Part shown: piece after piece, positions 21,873-34,271 of the stretch | Layout of the letters: each line of letters starts with the position of its first letter | How positions within the stretch are numbered: position 1 is the first letter of the stretch | Assembly (NCBI GenBank): GCA_012862495.1 | Contig: BLSG01000001.1 | Location: 1-64,000, forward strand | DNA length: 64,000 nt | Source: Thraustochytrium aureum | Lineage: Eukaryota | Direction: 5' to 3' | Made by a program: the position numbers and the translations under genes | Notes under the pieces: model-generated | What the model was told of the DNA's origin: nothing | Database searches by the model: none | What the model saw: the letters and a program-made list of their open reading frames with translations, nothing else

Positions 21873-23509
21873 CCCTCCTCCTCCTCCTCGGCCGCAGCCG
21901 CCGCAGGAGTGCGCGCATCTTCCTCGCTTCTAGCACCCTCCTCGCCATCATGATCAGATTGGTCGCGCTCTTCGCCGTCCCCATCCTCATACTCAACGAC
22001 ATGCAAGACCTCGCCGTCGTGCTCATGCACTTCGCCTGTACCTTCGCCATCTTGTACCTCCTCGTATTCGACGTCGTGGTCCGCCTCCTCGGCATCCCCA
22101 TTGTCGTCCACGCCATGCTCCTGGATATCGTTGACACTTTCCCTGTCATGCCGACCGTCATCGCCGGCTCCGTGGGTATCCTCAGCATGAGGCGCCTCTT
22201 CCTGCTCATCGTGTCTGTGCTCGAACTCTTCTTCGACTTCATCTCCATCGTGGTCTTGCTCGTGGTCTTGCTCGTCACCGTGGTCGTGGTGCTCGTCACG
22301 TGGTCGTGGTGCTCGTCATCGTGGTCGTGGTGCTCGTGGTCTTGATCGTGCTCGTCGTCGTGCTCGTGATCTTGATCGTGGTCCTCGATTTCCTCATGTT
22401 CCTCGTGATCCTCGTGATCCTGATCGTGTTCGTGGTGTTCATGATGCTCGTGCTCATCTTCATCACCTTCCATGACGACGTACTCGACGTGTTCTTCTCC
22501 TTCGGGGATTTCCTCCCCGTCTTCGATGACCTCCTCAACAATTTCAACGACCTCGACGTGCTCACCTTCATGATGCTCGTGGTCGTCTCCCTCGTGGTGG
22601 TGCTCCTCGATGACGACGTACTCGCCCTCGTCGTCCTCTTCTTCGTGCTCCAGATGGTCACCTTCGTGCTCGTCCTCCTCAACTTGCTCATGATGGCGGT
22701 GATGGTGTCTTCTCTCAGAATCGTCGTCTTCTCCTTCCTCGCGATGCTCTTCACCTTCTTCCACTTGTTCGTCATCCTCATGATGACTCTCTCCTTCCTC
22801 GTGGTGCTCGCCGTCCTCCTCGACGAGCTCGTGCTCCCCATCCTCGCTTTCGTGATGATGATGGTGGTGATGCTGGTCGTCATCCTCGCCTTGGTCGTCT
22901 TCCTCGCCGTTTTCGATGACCCTGTGCACAACGTGACCGTCCTCGTCAACCATTCCGTCATGGTCGTGTTCATGATCGTGTTCATGATCGTGCTCGTGTT
23001 CATGATCGTGCTCGTGTTCATGGTCGTGCTCGTGTTCATGATCGTGCTCGTGGTCATGGTCGTGCTCGTGGTCATGGTGGTGCTCGTCATCATCGTGCTG
23101 GTGGCCATGGACATGGTCACCCTCTCCCTCCTCTCCCTCCATTTCTTCCTCGACGATCTCCTCGACGATTTCTTCGACGTACTCCTCGCCATCCTCAGCT
23201 TCATGCTCTTCTATGACCTCTTCAACCATCTCTTCGTCTTCTTCGCCATCGCGGTCGTGCTCCTCGTGTTCCTCGTGCTCTTCGTAAACTTCTTCGTCGC
23301 CTTCCTCGTCGCCTTCTTGGACATTGTGCTCCTCGACCTCCATGTCCTCAACCCCCTCTTCTCCATGGTCGCGGGCGAGTTCCCCATCGAGATCGTGCTC
23401 GTTGGCGGCCCCCGACTGTGAGTTGTTGCGGCGATGCTGTTGCTCTGCAGCAATCTCCACGACCTCGCCGTCCTGGCCTGCCTTGCGTTCAGGGTCGCTG
23501 CCGAGAGCC
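21873..23509 (-). CDS. Extremely His/Glu/Asp-rich low-complexity protein (both ends in gaps; frameshift near 22297)
   Basis: Over 500 codons dominated by GAG/GAA/GAC/GAT/CAC/CAT, e.g. HDHEHDHDHEHDHEHEHDHEHEH, QHHHHHHHESEDGEH, with interspersed VEEVIE/VEYVV motifs. Synonymous third positions vary, as expected for coding sequence. Confidence 0.75.
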
Positions 23510-25123
23510 NNNNNNNNNNNNNNNNNNNNNNNNNNNNNNNNNNNNNNNNNNNNNNNNNNNNNNNNNNNNNNNNNNNNNNNNNNNNNNNNNNNNNNNNNNN
23601 NNNNNNNNNNNNNNNNNNNNNNNNNNNNNNNNNNNNNNNNNNNNNNNNNNNNNNNNNNNNNNNNNNNNNNNNNNNNNNNNNNNNNNNNNNNNNNNNNNNN
23701 NNNNNNNNNNNNNNNNNNNNNNNNNNNNNNNNNNNNNNNNNNNNNNNNNNNNNNNNNNNNNNNNNNNNNNNNNNNNNNNNNNNNNNNNNNNNNNNNNNNN
23801 NNNNNNNNNNNNNNNNNNNNNNNNNNNNNNNNNNNNNNNNNNNNNNNNNNNNNNNNNNNNNNNNNNNNNNNNNNNNNNNNNNNNNNNNNNNNNNNNNNNN
23901 NNNNNNNNNNNNNNNNNNNNNNNNNNNNNNNNNNNNNNNNNNNNNNNNNNNNNNNNNNNNNNNNNNNNNNNNNNNNNNNNNNNNNNNNNNNNNNNNNNNN
24001 NNNNNNNNNNNNNNNNNNNNNNNNNNNNNNNNNNNNNNNNNNNNNNNNNNNNNNNNNNNNNNNNNNNNNNNNNNNNNNNNNNNNNNNNNNNNNNNNNNNN
24101 NNNNNNNNNNNNNNNNNNNNNNNNNNNNNNNNNNNNNNNNNNNNNNNNNNNNNNNNNNNNNNNNNNNNNNNNNNNNNNNNNNNNNNNNNNNNNNNNNNNN
24201 NNNNNNNNNNNNNNNNNNNNNNNNNNNNNNNNNNNNNNNNNNNNNNNNNNNNNNNNNNNNNNNNNNNNNNNNNNNNNNNNNNNNNNNNNNNNNNNNNNNN
24301 NNNNNNNNNNNNNNNNNNNNNNNNNNNNNNNNNNNNNNNNNNNNNNNNNNNNNNNNNNNNNNNNNNNNNNNNNNNNNNNNNNNNNNNNNNNNNNNNNNNN
24401 NNNNNNNNNNNNNNNNNNNNNNNNNNNNNNNNNNNNNNNNNNNNNNNNNNNNNNNNNNNNNNNNNCGCAGGCTGGCGTTCGGTCGGCCGAAGCCGGCCCT
24501 GTCGGGGCCGCGGGCCGCCTCGGCGCGCTCGAGGCCGCTTTTGGGCTGGCCGGAAATGCGGGTTTTGGCTGGGCTTTGGAGGTTCTCGCTGGCCGTGTTT
24601 GCTTGCTCTGCATGGATCGGTCGGTGCGTCTTGATGTGGCGCGACTGGGGGCGGCGCCGTCTTTGGCCGCGTTTGTGGTGGTTTTGGTTCCCGGGGGCGT
24701 GGCGGGCCCGCGGCGCCGCGATTGGCGGCCGTGGGAGCGAATTGCTGGGGAACGATGGGGATGCGCAGGGGCATGCGGACACCTTTGCGGATCTCTCTCT
24801 ACTAGTAGCTCTAGCTAGAGTAGCTTGCTTGAGAGGGCCGCCGAGAGTCGGGCCTCTCCCCGGCCCTCGGGCGGCTCGCGTCGATTCACCTGCAGGCCAA
24901 GACGACACGCACAAGGGTCTTCAGAATCTGCTGCGCGAAAAAAAACAAACAAGGAAAACGAAAAGACCAGGATCGTCATGACCGATCCCGACAGCTGCAA
25001 AGTGGCGGATTCTACAGACTTGAATCACCCCCGATCGATGGACAGCGCGGGGGCCTGAGCCGCAGGGTATGGTGGAAACGCCCCAGCATTCCTGCCGGCC
25101 CCGGCGCACGCGAACTCGGCCTG

Positions 25124-26263
25124 CTACAGGAAACGGCGCACTGTTTGAGGCGCTGAGAAGCGGGAGCCGAGGTTTGCAGCGTCTTCCACCACGCGAGCGG
25201 TTTTGCTTGGGTCGATCTTGTATCCGGCAACAAGGTCACGGTCGCGGTTCCAGGAAAACGGCCGCGAGGTCGAGCTCGCGCTCGCGCCATCGCCCGAGGG
25301 GGCTGCTTGCTGCGCAGCTTTGGCTTCCTGGTGCTGTTCTAGCAGGGACTTGGGACGCCGGGCTTGGTTGAACTGCTCGAGCTTGGCTGCCATAGACCGA
25401 TCATCGGAGGACTCCGAGTACCGCTGGCTCATTGCGGCGGCCACTTCATTGGGGCGAAGCTTGTTCTTTCCACTCCTAAAGCCTCGGCTGCGCTGGTCGA
25501 CTTCAGCGCTCAAGCCGAGCTCGAGGCTCTCTTTGGCGCTCGGAACTGTCATCCATTCATCGCGCTTTGGGCCCTTTGCACGTGACGCAGCCTCAGCCTC
25601 AAGCTTGGCCTGAGCTGCAGCTGCAGCTCGCTTCGCTTCGATAGCCTCTGCAGTGGGCTCCCGCGCTTTGCTGCTGCCAGCAGGCGCAGGGCCGTCCACG
25701 TCAGAACCGCTCTCGCTGCTCGAGTCGCTCTCACGGCGCTCGCTTGGCCTCGGGACAACGGGTCCGGCTAGCGGTTGCTGGAGCGGAGCAAGGGACGGCC
25801 TGGCGAGGCTTCGTAAGGACTCCGCGAGCGGCCCGCTTCGGGACGCTGAGCTGCGCTTCACGAACGCGCCACGAGAGTTCCGCCTCACCTCCGGCATCGC
25901 CTCGAGGAACGCCTCGAGAAGCTCGCGCATGCGCCTGTCCTGGATGCTTTGCGTCACGACGTCACCGCCCTCGTCGAGCACCGCAAGCACCTGCCGCACG
26001 CTCGGACCGGCGTCCGGGAACACGACGAGCAGCATCTGCACGAGCTCGTCCGGCGTGGACCCGTCCTCCCCAGCGTCCCGTCGCCGCCTCTTCCCCTTCC
26101 TGCCCTCGCCGTGCCCTCGCCGCCGCTCCTTGCGCTCCCGACTGCTCCGCTTCCCCTTGCGTGCATCCCCGTCAGGCTCCCTGCGCCTCTTCTTCGCCTT
26201 GTCGCGATTCTCGCATTTCGCGCGCTTGCCGTCGTCGTCCGCGGGCCCCGCGCGACCGTCCAT
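25124..26263 (-). CDS. GPALPP1 / DUF3752-like nuclear protein
   Basis: ATG 26263; basic NLS-like N-terminus; C-terminal motifs RDEWMTVP, RPKSLLEQHQ, RPFSWNRDRDL, NLGSRFS. Confidence 0.7.
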   Translation of the reverse strand: MDGRAGPADDDGKRAKCENRDKAKKRRREPDGDARKGKRSSRERKERRRGHGEGRKGKRRRRDAGEDGSTPDELVQMLLVVFPDAGPSVRQVLAVLDEGGDVVTQSIQDRRMRELLEAFLEAMPEVRRNSRGAFVKRSSASRSGPLAESLRSLARPSLAPLQQPLAGPVVPRPSERRESDSSSESGSDVDGPAPAGSSKAREPTAEAIEAKRAAAAAQAKLEAEAASRAKGPKRDEWMTVPSAKESLELGLSAEVDQRSRGFRSGKNKLRPNEVAAAMSQRYSESSDDRSMAAKLEQFNQARRPKSLLEQHQEAKAAQQAAPSGDGASASSTSRPFSWNRDRDLVAGYKIDPSKTARVVEDAANLGSRFSAPQTVRRFL

Positions 26264-26425
26264 CCCCGCCGCGCAGCCCCAGCCCGCGCCGCTCGTGCCT
26301 CTTACCCCGCGCCCTCCGGCGCCTGCCAGCCCCGAAGACTGCGCGGCCCTGGCTGCCGTCGCGGCGGAGTGCGACGCGATGGCGGTCTGCATCGTGGCAT
26401 CTGGCGCCAAGATTGGGGAGCATTG

Positions 26426-29400
26426 ATGGTGGCGCAGCAGACCCCGAACCAGAGGCTCGCGGGCGCGCCGCGGCAGACCCCGAACGCGCAGGTGCGCGCG
26501 AAGGCCGCTGCCGAAGAAGGCCTCGCGCGACCGCGCTGAGCGCGACGCGAGAAAATGCGAAGGGCCGGGGAGACGGCCAAGGCGGCCGGCGCGACGACGG
26601 GAAAAAGTGCCGGCGCTCGTGAGCGCGTTTCGGATTGTGGATGCCGCGCTGGTGTTCATGGTGAAGAGGAAGATGCCGGTGCGCATTGTCCCGCTCATGA
26701 GCCTTGCGACGTCGCTGGGCGCAGGGAGGTCGGGGCCGCCGGTGACGCTCGACCTGATAAGGGTGTTTTGTGCCCTGGTTCCGCATGTGCTCGAGCTTGT
26801 GTATGAGCCCGAGGGCTGCGTGGACAGCCTCGCGACGCAGCTCGGCAAGGCCTCGGCCGTTCCGGACCCGCCCCTCGCGCACGTCGTCGACGAGATTACC
26901 TATTACCTTGAGGTTTGCCTCAAGAAGAATTTCTTGTCTGTGAGCAAGGCGGCTTCGGAGCGCCGCGTGCAAGCGCTGCAAGACGCAATCGCCAGCCTCA
27001 AGGCGCCAGAAGCACCAATGTGCCCGCTCCCTCCGCATCCGTGCTCGCCAGGGTCTGCACAGTCTAATGGTGTTGCCGCCCCGCTTGAACCTGCGTTGAG
27101 AGGCCGAGGGCCGTCGCAGACCCATCCCAGCACCCGCCGCTGCCGCCGCCACCGGCGGCCCCGTTTGGGCGGCCTTCGCGCCATGTACTGCCGCTTGGAT
27201 GCGCCAACTGGAGGCGGGGTTGACCTGGAGGGCACCTCCGGTACCTGAAGGACTGCCCATTCTACAAGGACCAGCTCGAGCACGTGACAGCGTTTCCCCG
27301 CCGGGAGGCTCGTACCGGCGAGCTTGCAAACCCGCTCCGACTCGGTTCTTGCCGCGGCGCTCGCGCAGGACTTGGGCATTGCTGCGTCTTTTGCCACCAA
27401 GCCCGAGCGATCGACGCGGCGCGCCGAGGTTGCGATATCGTCGTTGCTACCGCTACCTCCTCCGGCAAGAGCCTGATCTTCAACGTGCCTGTCTTTCAGG
27501 CGATGCTGGAGGCGCGCTGCCCGGTGCAAGTCGAGGTAGGCGCTGCCGGGGTCAAAGATGAGCCAGTCGCAGGCGGCTTTCTTCCCGAGGACCCCGTTCA
27601 AACACAGGCGTCAGANNNNNNNNNNNNNNNNNNNNNNNNNNNNNNNNNNNNNNNNNNNNNNNNNNNNNNNNNNNNNNNNNNNNNNNNNNNNNNNNNNNNN
27701 NNNNNNNNNNNNNNNNNNNNNNNNNNNNNNNNNNNNNNNNNNNNNNNNNNNNNNNNNNNNNNNNNNNNNNNNNNNNNNNNGGAGGCCGCGCGCGCTCTAC
27801 ATCTTTCCAACCAAAGCGCTAGCACAAGACCAGCTTGGCTCTGCGCGCAGACTTGCTTCGTACGTCCGCGCGCGAAGCGGGGTTGCCATCGCTGTCCACA
27901 CCTTTGACGGCGACACAGCCCAGGGCGAGCGGAACAGTGTTCGCACGGCAAGCGACATAATCATCACGAATCCGGACATGCTGCATTTAACGATACTTCC
28001 AAACCACGCGCAGTGGAGGGACTTTCTTCGCGATCTTCGCTTCATCGTAATCGACGAGGCACACACGTACACGGGCGCTTTTGGATCGCACGTGGCCTGC
28101 GTTCTCAAGCGCCTCCTGCGGATCAACGCCCTCTACTCGGCGACGCAGCCTCAATTCTTTTCCTGCTCTGCAACAATTGGCAACCCCCTCGCCCTCTTTC
28201 GCACGCTAGTGTCAGGCTCGGCCAACCCGGTCACTGTGATCGGGGAGGACGAGGATGGGTCGCCTTGCGGGCGCCGACTGTTTGGGATCTGGAACCCGCC
28301 GTTCCAGTACAATCGCGCCGCTGCCCCAGAAGACGTCAAGTCGACAAAGGCACGATCCTCGACGTCCAATCGCTCTGGAACGGCGGCGGGCAAGCGAGGT
28401 AGAACCACAGGGCCGGAGCCTGCGCGAGCCGCTTCGGTGGTGGCTGTTGCGGAGCGCGCTGCCGCTCAAGCCGCAGCCGCTGCTCTCGAGCTTCAGGTCC
28501 TAGGTTTGCCGCCGCAGCCCGAAGATGCCCTCAGCGACGCGCGGGACCATAGCGGGAACGCTTGTTGCGTGGCAGAACCCGCAGCGCCTTCCACTCCGGC
28601 GCGTTCGGCCCAAGTCGAGCTGCCGCCCCACCGTAAGAGCGCCATATACGAGACCGCTCTTGTGCTGTCGGCGCTGACTCGGCTAGGCGTCAAGACGATG
28701 GCGTTCTGCAGGACGCGCAAGCTGACAGAACTCGTCCTCCGGTACACGCAGGAGGAGCTCCGCAACGGGTACCGAGGACAGCAGTACCCGAAGGCGCCGG
28801 GCCACGCCCTGCACGACTTGAGCGGCGAGTTTCGGAGCCCTCGACCCCACCTTGCAGAGCTCGTTGCCGGGTACCGCGGAGGCTACCAGCTGGAGGAACG
28901 GCGCGTGATTGAACGCCAGCTGTTCTCGGGCAGGCTGCTGGCCGTAACTGCGACGTGCGCGCTCGAGTTAGGCATCGACGTGGGCCACCTCGACGCTGTC
29001 ATCCTCCTCGGGTATCCAGGGTCCGCCGCAAGCATGTGGCAGCAGGTGGGGCGAGCCGGTCGCTCCGGTAAGGACGCCTTGGCCCTCATGGTTTGCTTTG
29101 ACGGGGTCACGGATCAGTACTTTGCAAAGTTCCCCGACGTCCTCCTCGATCGCTCGCGCGTCGAAGACGCCGTCCTTGACCCGCTCAACAAGTACGTGCT
29201 CAAGGACCACCTCTTGTGCGCGTTGCGAGAGGCGCCTATGGTGGTTAATGCCGGTGACGACGGCGTGGAGGCGGCGCCGCGGCGGGATCTTCTCTGCTTT
29301 GCTGGCGTCTCGGTGAGCGAGCTCCCAAACACCCAAGTGAAGCCCCCCTCGACGCCCCCACCTGGCGAGGACTGGCGCACCGACCCGGCCGCGGCCGCGC

Positions 29401-30551
29401 CGCGGGTTTCGGCCGGCCCCGTGCGTCGGCTTGACAAGGTGCGTGTAATGCTTGAGCAGCTCGAGTCCGACGGGCTGGTCGAGCGGCGTCGAGAGGGCAA
29501 GTTTTGCGTCCTTGAGACGCACCCGAAAGTCGCCAAACCGCACGAGAACATGAGCTTGCGGATCGTAGACCCTGTCACGTTTGAGCTGTATCACGGTACG
29601 AACCTCTTGGACACAGTGCCTTACAGCCGGGCCTTTTTCGAGCTTTACCCCGGGGCGATCTACATGCACCAGGGCCGGAGCTACCTCGTCAGCAAGGTGG
29701 ACCTGAAGGCATACCGAGCGGACGCGCACCCCACGAATGTCAAGTACTTTACGGCCCCGCGCGACACCAAGCTCGTCAATGTGAAGGACCGATTCGAGGC
29801 GCGGCGGGACGGCCCCAACCTCGAGGTAAACTGTGGCGCTGTGGAGGCGGTCGTCAAAGTGTGGGGCTACCGGAAGATGTGGCTTCGCTCGGGACGTGTG
29901 TTTGAAATGCACGAGTTTGAGCTGCCCCCGATCCACTTTGAGACCCAAGCGACCTGGATCAACTTGCCCTCCGAGATCCAGGAAGAGGTCGCGCGCGCCG
30001 GGTGCGACCTGCGCGGCGGCGTCCACGGCGTCAATCACTTGGTCGCCAAGCTCGTGCCACTTTACGTGATCTGCAACGCGGAGAACATCAACACAGAGCA
30101 CGTTGGCAAGTTTTTCAAGCGGCCCATGCCCGCGCGCATCCTGTTTTACGACTATTGCCCTGGCGGCCTTGGCGCTTCCGAGTCGGCCTTTGAGCACGTA
30201 CTTGACATTCTGCGGCGCGCCCACAATCTGGTCGCCACGTGCGAGTGCAGCAACGGATGCCCCGTGTGCCTCGTCGACTTGAAGTGCAGCGAGTACAACA
30301 TGGTGCTTGACAAGGCGGCGGTCCGCATAATCCTCGCTGGGCTTTTACGAGGCGTCCCGGGCGTTCCCAGCAGACCAGGCGGTTTGCTCGGAACGCCCCA
30401 GAAAAAGCCCGAGGACTGCGATTCGCCTGTTCGAAAGCGTCGCAAGGCCGTGGGACGCGCTATGGGTATGGGTCGTGCGCGCGTAGAGCAAATGCGCATC
30501 GCAGAGCCGTGGGCCGCGCAGCACCCGAACCACAGCGAGGACATGCGCTGA
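26426..30551 (+). CDS. HRQ1: HRQ1/MrfA-type DEAH-box helicase with DUF1998 Zn-binding C-terminus (frameshifts and a gap in the 5' third)
   Basis: HQARAI, Walker A TATSSGKSL, ALYIFPTKALAQDQ, ITNPDMLH, IDEAHTYTGAFGSHVA, SCSATIGNP, YRGGY, ALELGIDVG, QQVGRAGR, ELYPGAIYMHQG, CECSNGCPVC. Start position uncertain. Confidence 0.9.
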
Positions 30552-30687
30552 CAGAGAGTCTTTCTTTCTCTAGCTAGACAAATTCTATTCGGGCGTGTCG
30601 AGCGGAGCGTGACGAGTTTATTCCTCTCCAACGTCTACGATCGTGAATGCAGCCGACTTGGCAAGGTGCGCGCTACTATTGCTTCCC

Positions 30688-31931
30688 TCACGATTCGTCG
30701 GACCCATCACTCCCGGACTCGCCGGCATCAGGCTCCGCTTCTCTTTCGTCCTCCTGCTCCTCCCCCTCCCCCTCCTCAACCTCTCCGTTCAGCATGGCCT
30801 CTTTGGCGCGCTGCTTTTCTTCGCGGCGCTCACGGCGCATCTCTCGAGCTCTTCGACCTCCGCTGCGAGAGCGGCCTGCTCTTCGTCGCGCATTCGCTGG
30901 CGCACTCGTTGAACGTATTGTCGGAGGTTCATGTCGTCGAGTGCTTGGCGTTGGCGGCGGCGGATTTGGACCCGCCTCGCGGCCCGGTCTGAGCGCTCGC
31001 GCTTTACTTTTCGCACCAGGCTGCCAAAGGAGCATGCAGGTTTCCAGGTCCGAACTTCCCTGTGCCCGGAATCGTCGACGAGGACCCCCGAGCCAGACAC
31101 GAGCCCGCGCACCCAGGAGCCTTCGAACACCCAGCCCAGTGGGGAGGTCATCTTCCCACGGCCATGGAACATACCTTCGACAAAGTCGCCGTCATAAACA
31201 GCTCCGCTGGGGAGTGAGAGCCTGCCGCGCCCGGTTTGGAATCCGCGCTCGAAAGCACCTTCATAGACCGCGCCGCCGGGACTCGTGCTCACGCCGTGTC
31301 CGTGTTTGAGGCCACCAACCCAAGCGCCCTCGTATTTGGAGTTGTCTGGGTACAGGGCAAGGCCGTGGCCCTCTGGAGCGCCCTTGATCCAGCCCCCGCG
31401 ATACATGCCGCCATCAACAAAAACGTAAACGCCTTCACCGTGCATCTGGCCTTGCTCCCACCGTCCGTAATAGTTGAAAAATTCCTCCCCGCCGCGCGAC
31501 TTGCTCAGCGGGTACTTTTGCGCGGCGAAGCCAGGTATTGCAGTCTGCAATTGCTCGTTCTCGATGTGCATAAGCTCTGGAGGCACGACTTCAAGCCCAG
31601 GTGGATTCGGTGGGCTGTACGATACTGGGTCTCGGCTCATGCTTCGAGCGACGCTGTGCTTTGGGGGTTCGCCTGGTGCTGCGACGTGTTGAATTGGATC
31701 AAAGAGATGCTCCAGCTTGTTGTGCGGGAGCCCTGCGAGTGTTTCGGTGCGGTGCCGCGGTTTGCTCGATTCGTCTTCGCTGGTCTCGTCTCCAACGCTG
31801 TCGTCAGTTGACGCGCCTTCCTCCTCGTCCTCGTCCTCTTCTTCTTCTTCGTCATCATCTTCGTCGTCCTCGTCGTCCTCGTCGTCATCTTCGTCCTCGT
31901 CGTCATCATCATCGTCATCGCCGGCCTCGTC
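30688..31931 (-). CDS. MORN-repeat protein with acidic N- and C-terminal tracts (5' partial; frameshift near 30845)
   Basis: About six MORN repeats (YYGRWEQGQMHGEG, YRGGWIKGAPEGHG, YEGAWVGGLKHGHG, YEGAFERGFQTGRG, YDGDFVEGMFHGRG, FEGSWVRGLVSGSG). In-frame poly-D/E tract extends to the gap. Confidence 0.85.
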
Positions 31932-32657
31932 TNNNNNNNNNNNNNNNNNNNNNNNNNNNNNNNNNNNNNNNNNNNNNNNNNNNNNNNNNNNNNNNNNNNN
32001 NNNNNNNNNNNNNNNNNNNNNNNNNNNNNNNNNNNNNNNNNNNNNNNNNNNNNNNNNNNNNNNNNNNNNNNNNNNNNNNNNNNNNNNNNNNNNNNNNNNN
32101 NNNNNNNNNNNNNNNNNNNNNNNNNNNNNNNNNNNNNNNNNNNNNNNNNNNNNNNNNNNNNNNNNNNNNNNNNNNNNNNNNNNNNNNNNNNNNNNNNNNN
32201 NNNNNNNNNNNNNNNNNNNNNNNNNNNNNNNNNNNNNNNNNNNNNNNNNNNNNNNNNNNNNNNNNNNNNNNNNNNNNNNNNNNNNNNNNNNNNNNNNNNN
32301 NNNNNNNNNNNNNNNNNNNNNNNNNNNNNNNNNNNNNNNNNNNNNNNNNNNNNNNNNNNNNNNNNNNNNNNNNNNNNNNNNNNCCGCCGCCGCGCAATCC
32401 TACGCCATTGCCAATTGCACAGAAGGCTCTTCAACGGCATCACGATCCTCTATTTTAGAGAGGCTCCTCAAATTTTTAAGCAACACAGAGACTGCGCGCC
32501 GATGGGGGTTCACGCGGCAGTGCAGGTCCTCAGAGACTGTCCTATACGCCGCGTGCCGGGCTGCCGTCCCGACGCCCGCCGTTGTCGTGTGCTCGAAAGA
32601 CGCGGCAATGCGGCCCACCCAAACTCACACCGACTCGTCGCACCCACGAAGTGAGAA

Positions 32658-32945
32658 CCTCGAGTGCGTCCACAGGTATCGCGCCAGCCAGCGACAGGCC
32701 AGCCCGCCACGTTTGCCGATGCCCGCCATCGCGCACGAGGGTGAGAGTCCTGCTCGAAGAAAGTATTCCGCAGTGCCGCTCCACGCACGCAATTCCGCCT
32801 CATCACGCACGCACGCAGTCAATCCGAAAGAAAGACCTCAGCCGAGCGCGCCGAGCGGCCTCCATCCTCGAGTGCGTCCACGGCCTCCCGTCGACCCATC
32901 GGCAGGCCAGCACGCCGCGTAAACCGATGCCCGCCATCGCGCACG
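32658..32945. repeat. Degenerate 80-bp direct repeat, two copies 208 bp apart
   Basis: 32658-32737 and 32866-32945 share cctcgagtgcgtccac, caggccagc.cgcc.cgt and ccgatgcccgccatcgcgcacg. Confidence 0.75.
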
Positions 32946-33463
32946 CGAGTGGCCTGTCTTGATAGAAGTCTCAAAATCAATCAACCAAAGAGNNNNNNNN
33001 NNNNNNNNNNNNNNNNNNNNNNNNNNNNNNNNNNNNNNNNNNNNNNNNNNNNNNNNNNNNNNNNNNNNNNNNNNNNNNNNNNNNNNNNNNNNNNNNNNNN
33101 NNNNNNNNNNNNNNNNNNNNNNNNNNNNNNNNNNNNNNNNNNNNNNNNNNNNNNNNNNNNNNNNNNNNNNNNNNNNNNNNNNNNNNNNNNNNNNNNNNNN
33201 NNNNNNNNNNNNNNNNNNNNNNNNNNNNNNNNNNNNNNNNNNNNNNNNNNNNNNNNNNNNNNNNNNNNNNNNNNNNNNNNNNNNNNNNNNNNNNNNNNNN
33301 NNNNNNNNNNNNNNNNNNNNNNNNNNNNNNNNNNNNNNNNNNNNNNNNNNNNNNNNNNNNNNNNNNNNNNNNNNNNNNNNNNNNNNNNNNNNNNNNNNNN
33401 NNNNNNNNNNNNNNNNNNNNNNNNNNNNNNNNNNNNNNNNNNNNNNNNNNNNNNNNNNNNNNC

Positions 33464-34242
33464 GATGGTGCGGCAGCGCGACGCTTTCCTGTCTTGCGCT
33501 TGGCGCCGCGCGAGGGCGCGTCCGTCGCGCAGCGGCATAGCGGCGGCCGTCTCGGCGCGCCGAAGCTGCGCGAGTTGGAGGCGCGCTCCGCCTTGCGGCG
33601 CGCCAACACACGACTGGACAGGGCGCGCAAGGACGCCGCGTTCGTGAAGAACAGGGGCGCCGCGAAGGCGGCTGCGAGGGAGGCGAAGGAGGCCTGCAAG
33701 GCGCAGGTGAGAGCGGCGTCGGAGGAGCTCAGGCAGGCCCTGGCGGAAGGGCTGACGGCGACCAGAACGGCCGGCCTGGCGCTCGCCAATGTGGCAAGCC
33801 TGAAAGCGGCGCAAGCGCTCCGCGAACTGTTTGCGGCCAAGTTCGGGGGCGCGGGGCGCGATGTTTGGAGCGGCACTCTCCGGTGCGGGTGGTCCCTGGC
33901 GCCGAGCTTGCGGTCGTGCGCGTGGCGCGCGAGTTTGCCTCGGAGGCGCGAGAGGCGTTGAGTGGACCGCTGGAGCTGTGCGGCGGATCTTTCTTCAGCT
34001 CTGTTGTGCACGTTGCTGCCTCTGAGCGGCAGCTTTCGCGGGCTGCGAGGCGTCTGCACGAAAACGGGCGGCTTGGCTCTGCGGTGCGCGGCGAGTTCCG
34101 GGACGTGGCATCATTCGTGAACGTGGTTTGCGGGACAGCGCGGCAAAGGGCTAGTTGGCGCGTCGCTGCCGACGGCGCTTCTGGGCCCGCGAATTGTGTG
34201 CTGTTGATGCGAGTTTGCGGGCAGTGTGCTTGTCGTTTTTGA
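33464..34242 (+). CDS. Hypothetical protein (5' partial, frameshifted)
   Basis: Ala/Lys/Glu-rich helical reading (AAKAAAREAKEACKAQVRAASEELRQAL) continuing in another frame to TGA at 34240-34242; no recognised domain. Confidence 0.35.
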
Positions 34243-34271
34243 GCGGGCTCTAGCTAGAGCGCCAGGAGTAC

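Noticed and set aside
21950..23421. Plus-strand, almost entirely hydrophobic ORFs (373 aa and 131 aa) that look like membrane proteins
   Set aside because: They are the antisense mirror of the His/Glu/Asp codons on the minus strand and have no loops or realistic topology.
26426..30551. DUF1998 helicase as a bacterial defence component (DISARM DrmAB/Druantia-like)
   Set aside because: Single-chain HRQ1/MrfA architecture among eukaryotic housekeeping genes, with no methylase or partner genes.
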